The notes under the pieces are model-generated. The model saw only the letters and a program-made list of their open reading frames with translations, was not told the origin of the DNA and did not search any database. From an uncultured virus (IMG/VR IMGVR_UViG_2811995091_000109) (taxonomy: Duplodnaviria > Heunggongvirae > Uroviricota > Caudoviricetes): 64,000 nt of DNA. This document shows positions 59,701 to 64,000 of the stretch, piece by piece (position 1 is the first letter of the stretch; every line of letters starts with the position of its first letter). The stretch spans positions 1-64,000 of the IMG/VR virus record IMGVR_UViG_2811995091_000109; one strand, written 5' to 3'. The translations under genes were made by a program, and so were the position numbers.

Positions 59701-59782
59701 AAAGAGAATTAGCTAAGTCTGCAGTAACTACGGTAACTGCAGATTCAAATTTTGTAAGCTTGCCATCGCTGTCTGTCGCCAT
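56732..59782 (-). CDS. Tail-fibre/spike-like protein with beta-roll repeats
   Basis: Dozens of S.[IV].GG..N repeats of about 14-16 aa (YadA-head-like); AFRAG...WD..N.G.YSTAFG motif. Confidence 0.75.
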   Translation of the reverse strand: MATDSDGKLTKFESAVTVVTADLANSLFGGLYGTSEVSSLDSYHPLAHGHVHDGEHVDGHASRVSLSDPFHVRGVLVHANLGDDAVMKNNVYDSVYQDEVIPEYEDVDGDIYYYLDLRIIRSDFTFHEIEDPSLERGLAPGLETKLIRQREDDDGLSFEDSGYDFVFGSNSLDDLAFGTSGDNRLLYDRDKAAFRAGSVDSDQWDEANRGDYSTAFGVNTTASGSSSTVSGGRGNEASSLNAVVSGGQSNEASAANTTVGGGYDNTADTIKATVGGGFENTASGEAAVVSGGNQVTASGDYSTASGGSQITASGGWSTVSGGASNQASADYTAIGGGSTNTVGDQYSVISGGLSNEAKEGSDYSTVSGGSANKVLDGSQASTISGGLGNEIGTTVVAPAITASCEYSVIGGGNLNKVYDGSGWSFVGGGAANEIGEQNTGVSFPCTASTITGGGSNKIIESSEYSFIGGGSTNKVEATSPYSVVGGGESNSIEMTSDHAVVGGGSTNKVESPSSSILGGEGINIYQSSSYSAICGGKDNSITTSGYSFIGGGGGPGGGDANRIADSTTSTIVGGIGNVIDGTSGLSFIGAGERSSINAATNSGIASGKLNSIVDSWASFIGGGEENFVGSGGSGSPGGFVGGGKLNKILAVSPYTAIVCGSANEITGDGFGVNFIGAGEFCIMNEVDYSSIVCGQGNQVSDGSDHSFIGSGKTNLILQASKASAVLCGSDNSISAVEHSSVLGGEGNLIKGGMDTTSGHYSTAFGLSSFSYLRGQTSQASHAFAITGDAVLEDYDIGGGPGIWALDLLPAEYPTGSSQTFVLTFSGHWDYPDINAVFPPASPQKFGAYLDGATLGHFGFRGEKLVPRPNSSYSYSLDCILRFSEVNGGAGSIPHCIAFKMSGGIITYPDGRFAYSSNEIPMAVSFNSSVATISNPNTPTAGTDFEIFFTHSITAPANDGSWGDLDGWIVANSGELPGLFAVVINNDPANWVGECIVARVEVVENALHLAMHSAGPP

Positions 59783-59791
59783 TATAATCCT

Positions 59792-60082
59792 TTATTTTAA
59801 ATTTTTAAAATGCTTTTTAATCTTATCACTTACTTTAAACTTAACAGATTTATAAGGCTTTAACGCCATCTCCTCTTGTGTCTTTGGGTTTCTGACAGGG
59901 CGAGAGGCATGGGTGTATAGATAATACTTTCCAAACCCAACTATAGATACCTCGCCATCTTCTTCTAACGATTCAATTATTGTATCAATTAATTCGTCTA
60001 TAACCTGTAGAGCTTCTTTTTGAGACAAGAGTGTTTTCGCCGCGACCTTTTTTGCCAAATCTTTTTTATTTACCATATTCAT
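59792..60082 (-). CDS. hup: HU/IHF-family DNA-binding protein
   Basis: NKKDLAKKVA, VSIVGFGKY, RNPKT, VKFKVS. Confidence 0.9.
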   Translation of the reverse strand: MNMVNKKDLAKKVAAKTLLSQKEALQVIDELIDTIIESLEEDGEVSIVGFGKYYLYTHASRPVRNPKTQEEMALKPYKSVKFKVSDKIKKHFKNLK

Positions 60083-60140
60083 AACCCTTCAACACAAACG
60101 TGTGCGTGCATATAACGATACAATCTCGAATATTAATAGC

Positions 60141-60359
60141 TCATATAATATCATCGTCATCAAATTGTCCAATGTATTTCTTAGACTTTTCGTAATCATC
60201 ATCTAACTCTTCTTTTCTATCAAAATAGTGCCTATACACTCTAGCGATATCTCCTTCGTCTATCCTGTCCACAGCTATGCCGTAGTTCTCATACATCTTA
60301 TCAACTTTGTTTTTTATCTTTTCCACTTCTGCTTCTATCAATGTTCTTTTAGACGACAC
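60141..60359 (-). CDS. Hypothetical protein
   Basis: 72 aa, GTG start with RBS GGAGGAG. Confidence 0.55.
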   Translation of the reverse strand: MSSKRTLIEAEVEKIKNKVDKMYENYGIAVDRIDEGDIARVYRHYFDRKEELDDDYEKSKKYIGQFDDDDII

Positions 60360-60379
60360 AGCTCCTCCACTACAAACTA

Positions 60380-60760
60380 CTAAACACCATCAGCTTTTTT
60401 AACTATATGTCTGCATACGTTAATCATCTCTTTCTTTGACATTTTTAACTTCAATGCGTTCACACAGTAAGCGCACCATACAATATTCCCCTTTACATAT
60501 CCTAAGTCTGGAATAACGCAGTCTAAAGACATTTTAAACGGATCATGTGTACGGTCCTTATTCTTTTTTACAATATTTAATTTCATATCAGAATAGAAAC
60601 ATCTTCCATCCTGTTTTTCAAACAGTTCTAATATATATTCTTTTGTTAATTCAAAAGGTATATTCTTTTTCCTTGCTCTGTTTCGAGCATTCTGAATAGC
60701 TCTTCCAAACATAATGCTTGGATAGTCTAAACATTTTTGTCTCCAACTGGTAACAGTCAT
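60380..60760 (-). CDS. HNH-like (His-Me finger) endonuclease-family protein
   Basis: QDGRCFYS...SLDCVIPDLGYVKGNIVWCAYCVNALK. Start moved to ATG 60760. Confidence 0.65.
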   Translation of the reverse strand: MTVTSWRQKCLDYPSIMFGRAIQNARNRARKKNIPFELTKEYILELFEKQDGRCFYSDMKLNIVKKNKDRTHDPFKMSLDCVIPDLGYVKGNIVWCAYCVNALKLKMSKKEMINVCRHIVKKADGV

Positions 60761-60764
60761 AAAT

Positions 60765-61022
60765 TTACTCCAAGGGTTTATTAAACACATTAATCATAAT
60801 CTTCTCACCATTCTTTGCGCCAGCTGCTTTTGCAACTGTTCTTAAGGCACTAGCAATTCTTCCTTGCTTTCCAATGACCTTTCCAACATCATCTTTTCCA
60901 ACCTTTATTTCAAAAAGTCTTCCTTCTTTTTCTGTTTCAGCCTCTTGAACACTTACTGACTCTACATCATCAACAATACTTGTAACCATTGTGTTTAATA
61001 GTAATTCAATACTTGTACTCAT
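60765..61022 (-). CDS. khpA: KhpA-type single-KH-domain RNA-binding protein
   Basis: 85 aa; IVDDVESVSV...DDVGKVIGKQGRIASALRTV with an intact GxxG loop. Confidence 0.88.
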   Translation of the reverse strand: MSTSIELLLNTMVTSIVDDVESVSVQEAETEKEGRLFEIKVGKDDVGKVIGKQGRIASALRTVAKAAGAKNGEKIMINVFNKPLE

Positions 61023-61023
61023 T

Positions 61024-61542
61024 TTACCTCTCCCTTATATCAATAGATATCATTTCTTCTTCTTCTTTCTTTGGAACCAAAACTTCAAGCAATCCATTTT
61101 CCATAGAAGCTTGAACCTTTGTCAAATCAAAAGAAGGATTTATAAAATATTTTGTTTTAAAGTTTCTTCTTGCGATACCTCTAACAATCATCCCCTGTTG
61201 AACCCCAATCTTCGGAACCTTTAATGGATAATCATCTTCCTCGTCACCTGCCGCAACTTGATCATTAGAGCCTTCTAACTTGCTTCCGATTCCACTTATA
61301 AATAACTCATTATTTTTAACATCAACAGTAACGTCTTTGGGCGAATACCCGGCCAATGCAAAGGCCATATGAAAACCAGTCTCATCACACCACTGGTCGC
61401 ACCTTGGAAACTTTCCAGCAGAAGTTATTTTTTTATGAGAAGAAACATCTCTAAAAAATTCATCATCAGCCCACAATAAATCTACTACCCTACCCGGTAT
61501 AGATATTCTATTCAACGTGTCCTTCATTATCTTCTTCTCCAT
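61024..61542 (-). CDS. Small heat-shock protein (Hsp20/IbpA-like)
   Basis: FALAGYS..DV.V...NELFISG, RGIARRNF, ASMENGLLEV, C-terminal IxI. Start may be ATG 61527. Confidence 0.9.
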   Translation of the reverse strand: MEKKIMKDTLNRISIPGRVVDLLWADDEFFRDVSSHKKITSAGKFPRCDQWCDETGFHMAFALAGYSPKDVTVDVKNNELFISGIGSKLEGSNDQVAAGDEEDDYPLKVPKIGVQQGMIVRGIARRNFKTKYFINPSFDLTKVQASMENGLLEVLVPKKEEEEMISIDIRER

Positions 61543-61840
61543 TTTCTAACATTGTGTCAAAATATACACCTATTGCAAAAATAGATTCTACAATATTTGA
61601 GATACTCCAGCTAAACAAACTAGATACAGCAGCTCCCCATATGGGGTTTACTCCTGTTAGCAAGGCTGCAACAAGCCCAACCCAAAAGCCCGAGCACATA
61701 GTGCAATTAATTAATTTACCTAAGAAAGTTGACTTTGAAGTTACAAAGTCTCTAACAGGTTCCAAGACGGAGCTTGATACAAGGATTATTGTAAGTCCTG
61801 CACAACCAAATGTAAAAAGAAACAAATCAACTATACTCAT
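61508..61840 (-). CDS. Membrane protein with CxxC (DUF1360-like)
   Basis: Hydrophobic helices; FLGKLINCTMCSGFWVG. Confidence 0.6.
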   Translation of the reverse strand: MSIVDLFLFTFGCAGLTIILVSSSVLEPVRDFVTSKSTFLGKLINCTMCSGFWVGLVAALLTGVNPIWGAAVSSLFSWSISNIVESIFAIGVYFDTMLENGEEDNEGHVE

Positions 61841-61951
61841 AGTATTACTCCAGCTAAGTTATATATACTTAAAAATCATATTAATATCAATTAATTTTTG
61901 GATATAACCCCTTGCAAATTTCTGTGAAGTTTTTGCCCGAAGGGGTTTAAT

Positions 61952-62674
61952 TTAGTCGCAGCAAATATTAGCACAGAGACTGCTTCTATAAGCACCGACA
62001 GTTATCGGCCATAACTCATAGGCTATACCCAGGCAAGCTTCCGCAACCTTTTGCGTTTCCCACTGTGCTCCTTCGTGAATTCTTAAGTCTATAAACTTCA
62101 AAAGATTACTCAGGTTTACAGTTCCATAATATTCTGTATACATATTTTGAGGAAGAACCCCTCGGGCCTGCTCTCTACACACGCCAGCTTCAACTAGTCT
62201 TTCGTATAAAGTCAAACTTATCTTATTATGTTCTTTGATAGCATCAGAAGATACCATCGCAGCATAATGTTGTCTCGGATAAGAAATCAATGGGTTGGCT
62301 TTATCTGTATTGCTTGCTTGCCTATTTGACTTATGCTGTGTCCTAAAAGATTCAGGTTCATAAAACTTAATATCTACATCGGTATATCTTCTGGATATTT
62401 CATTATATGACCAAGTTCTATGACGATGATGTTGACTTCGCACAAACAATGGTACGCAAAAACGAAAGGTAACAACATTATGCTCTAATGTTGAAGTATG
62501 TTTATTTTGAATCAAATACTTTATTAGTCGCTTATCTTTATCGTCTAAATCTTCTTTGGTCTTTCCAAAGCTGACTCTAGCACTATTTACCACAGTGAGG
62601 TCCGAACCCATGTACTCCACAAGCTCTACCGCCCCAATACCATCGTCATATAGCTCAACCCTGTTGGGCTTCAT
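61952..62674 (-). CDS. thyX: FAD-dependent thymidylate synthase
   Basis: NSARVS, HTSTLEH, RHRTWSYNEISRRY, EQARGVLP, LR.HEGAQWE. Confidence 0.96.
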   Translation of the reverse strand: MKPNRVELYDDGIGAVELVEYMGSDLTVVNSARVSFGKTKEDLDDKDKRLIKYLIQNKHTSTLEHNVVTFRFCVPLFVRSQHHRHRTWSYNEISRRYTDVDIKFYEPESFRTQHKSNRQASNTDKANPLISYPRQHYAAMVSSDAIKEHNKISLTLYERLVEAGVCREQARGVLPQNMYTEYYGTVNLSNLLKFIDLRIHEGAQWETQKVAEACLGIAYELWPITVGAYRSSLCANICCD

Positions 62675-63866
62675 CGCTCCCCCTACACACAGTTAACAGC
62701 TGTCTATCTTCATCAAAGATTAAATTCGCTACATCAATAATATCCTGCCTTGTTACAGATTCAATATTATTCATGTACTCGTCTATTGCTGGTATGTCAA
62801 ACAGCCTTCTCTTTGTCTCCCAATAGGCAATACTATAACTGTCCTCTATTGCTGCATAAAAAGATGATCTTATTTTATTTTTAGCGCGTTGGACTTCTTC
62901 TTCTGTCGGCATACTTGTTTTAATCATTTTCAGCTCTTTGTCAACAGTTTCTAATGTTTCCTCTATATTCTCTTCTCTTGTAGAGAATTCTATCATACTT
63001 AACCCGCCATGTTGCCAATCGCTATAGTTGGCAGATATACCATATACTAAACCAAGCTTTTCTCGAACCTCTGTAAACAGCCTACAATCCATTCCTCTTC
63101 CTAAGATAGTTATGAGCAACTGTATTGCTCCATCCCACTTTGAGGCCATGTTTACGGCTGGCATACCCATCCATAAGTAAGTATGTTCAAGGTCTCCTTT
63201 CGTAAGCTCTAAATATCTAGAGTCTAAATAGTTTGAATCTTTAAACTTATATGATTTCTTAATCTTTCCATTTTGCTTTCCAAAATACTTATTAAGAAGC
63301 TCTTTAACATCTTTCTTTTTTAAGACACTACAAACAGATACTATTGCATCTTTTCTTTGACAAAATTGAGAATGAAACCTTCTAACTTCATCGTTAGTAA
63401 AGTTAGAGATAGTTTCTTGCGTTCCAAGCACTGGTTCTGCCAAATAATTATCAAAGAATTCTTCAGAAAAATTTCTCCATATATACATTGTAGGATCATC
63501 TTTTGAAGAGGCTTCTTCTTCTTTTACAACTTCTTTTTCTTTTAAAAATTCATCCTCTGGAAACACAGGATTAAAAACCATATCTGAAAGAATATCCATA
63601 CACGGTTCTAAATTTTCATAAGGAACAGTTATATAATATGCAACAGATTCATGCGATGTAAAAGCATTTGAATGACCCCCAAGAAAGGCTATCTCTCTTT
63701 GTATTTGAACGCTGTCTCTTGTGGCGGTTCCTTTGAACAAAGAATGCTCAAGCATATGGGCAATACCAGGGTTATATCCGCCTATCGCCTCAACCCTTGC
63801 GCCTGCATTGAAAGCAACTATTATAGTCGCTATTCTGCTGTGTGTTTTGGATATTACATGAATCAC
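62655..63866 (-). CDS. M16 (pitrilysin/insulinase-family) zinc peptidase
   Basis: GIAHMLEH..FKGT (inverted HxxEH), NAFTS, EKEVVKEE, RLFTEVREKLGLVY. Confidence 0.93.
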   Translation of the reverse strand: MIHVISKTHSRIATIIVAFNAGARVEAIGGYNPGIAHMLEHSLFKGTATRDSVQIQREIAFLGGHSNAFTSHESVAYYITVPYENLEPCMDILSDMVFNPVFPEDEFLKEKEVVKEEEASSKDDPTMYIWRNFSEEFFDNYLAEPVLGTQETISNFTNDEVRRFHSQFCQRKDAIVSVCSVLKKKDVKELLNKYFGKQNGKIKKSYKFKDSNYLDSRYLELTKGDLEHTYLWMGMPAVNMASKWDGAIQLLITILGRGMDCRLFTEVREKLGLVYGISANYSDWQHGGLSMIEFSTREENIEETLETVDKELKMIKTSMPTEEEVQRAKNKIRSSFYAAIEDSYSIAYWETKRRLFDIPAIDEYMNNIESVTRQDIIDVANLIFDEDRQLLTVCRGSDEAQQG

Positions 63867-63884
63867 TGATTAACCCCTAAAGAT

Positions 63885-63919
63885 AAAAAAAGGGTAGAGG
63901 CACAAAGCCTCTACCCTTT
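63885..63919 (-). terminator. Rho-independent terminator
   Basis: 13-bp stem AAAGGGTAGAGGC/GCCTCTACCCTTT with a U-tract. Confidence 0.8.
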
Positions 63920-63922
63920 ATA

Positions 63923-64000
63923 CTACCGATTTTTTTGTTCGATAACTACCTTCTTTCCATAAGGAAACTCTACATCCTTATCTTGGTCACAGACGGCCCA
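63923..64000 (-). CDS. C-terminal end of a gene entering the window (possibly VWA-like/DUF2201)
   Basis: ...WAVCDQDKDVEFPYGKKVVIEQKNR*, followed by the terminator. Only 25 aa are visible. Confidence 0.4.
   Translation of the reverse strand, partial: WAVCDQDKDVEFPYGKKVVIEQKNR

Noticed and set aside
60380..60760. HNH-like gene as an active mobile homing element
   Set aside because: No interrupted host gene or intron context, and the usual DR in the SLDR motif reads DC, so activity is uncertain.
16..63869. Many plus-strand ORFs (e.g. 2531..3487, 7315..7890, 28222..28803)
   Set aside because: They are antisense shadows of long minus-strand genes, with no recognisable motifs.
1..64000. Stop-codon reassignment, as seen in some huge phages
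   Set aside because: Conserved genes are intact under the standard code, coding density is high, and TAA, TAG and TGA all end genes at sensible positions.
1..64000. Cellular (bacterial) chromosome, given dnaE, recA, groEL, thyX, hup and khpA
   Set aside because: These genes are interleaved on one strand with terminase, portal, protease, MCP and fibre genes, and no ribosomal or metabolic operons are present.
1..64000. tRNA or rRNA genes
   Set aside because: Intergenic gaps are short and no cloverleaf or T-loop consensus was recognised by eye; tRNAscan-SE would be needed to exclude them fully.

Overview
This 64 kb window is a fragment of a large (jumbo/huge) tailed dsDNA bacteriophage genome. 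It is AT-rich, uses the standard code, and all credible genes lie on the minus strand. Reading in the direction of transcription (right to left), it contains five blocks. (1) A host-like accessory block: M16 peptidase, ThyX, DUF1360-like membrane protein, Hsp20, KhpA, HNH-like nuclease and HU. (2) Two paralogous tail-fibre-like adhesins, one with beta-roll repeats and one with PKD repeats and a possible copper-binding tip. (3) An FtsK ATPase, a stand-alone primase zinc finger, SbcD/SbcC, a Cas4/RecB-like nuclease, a sigma factor with a Cys-rich insertion, and a 2210-aa orphan. (4) A replication/recombination block: DnaE, SSB, RuvC, GroEL, RecA, primase core and a sigma-4 HTH protein. (5) A ~25 kb head-morphogenesis block: putative TerS, a CCA/poly(A)-type nucleotidyltransferase, TerL, portal, protease-scaffold fusion, two decoration-like paralogues and the start of the major capsid protein. 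The main candidate new system is in the head block. Most of its proteins share a hydrophobic-x-K-x-[A/S] motif, and several share a 'LANxLDxxG..EAD..D' helical module. Together these suggest a protease-processed, tagged capsid-cargo system that may include an enzyme-like polyprotein (MTase-like + DUF192 + HAD-like), with nested internal starts and a candidate late promoter (CTAWTW). All calls come from reading motifs by eye; no database searches were run.
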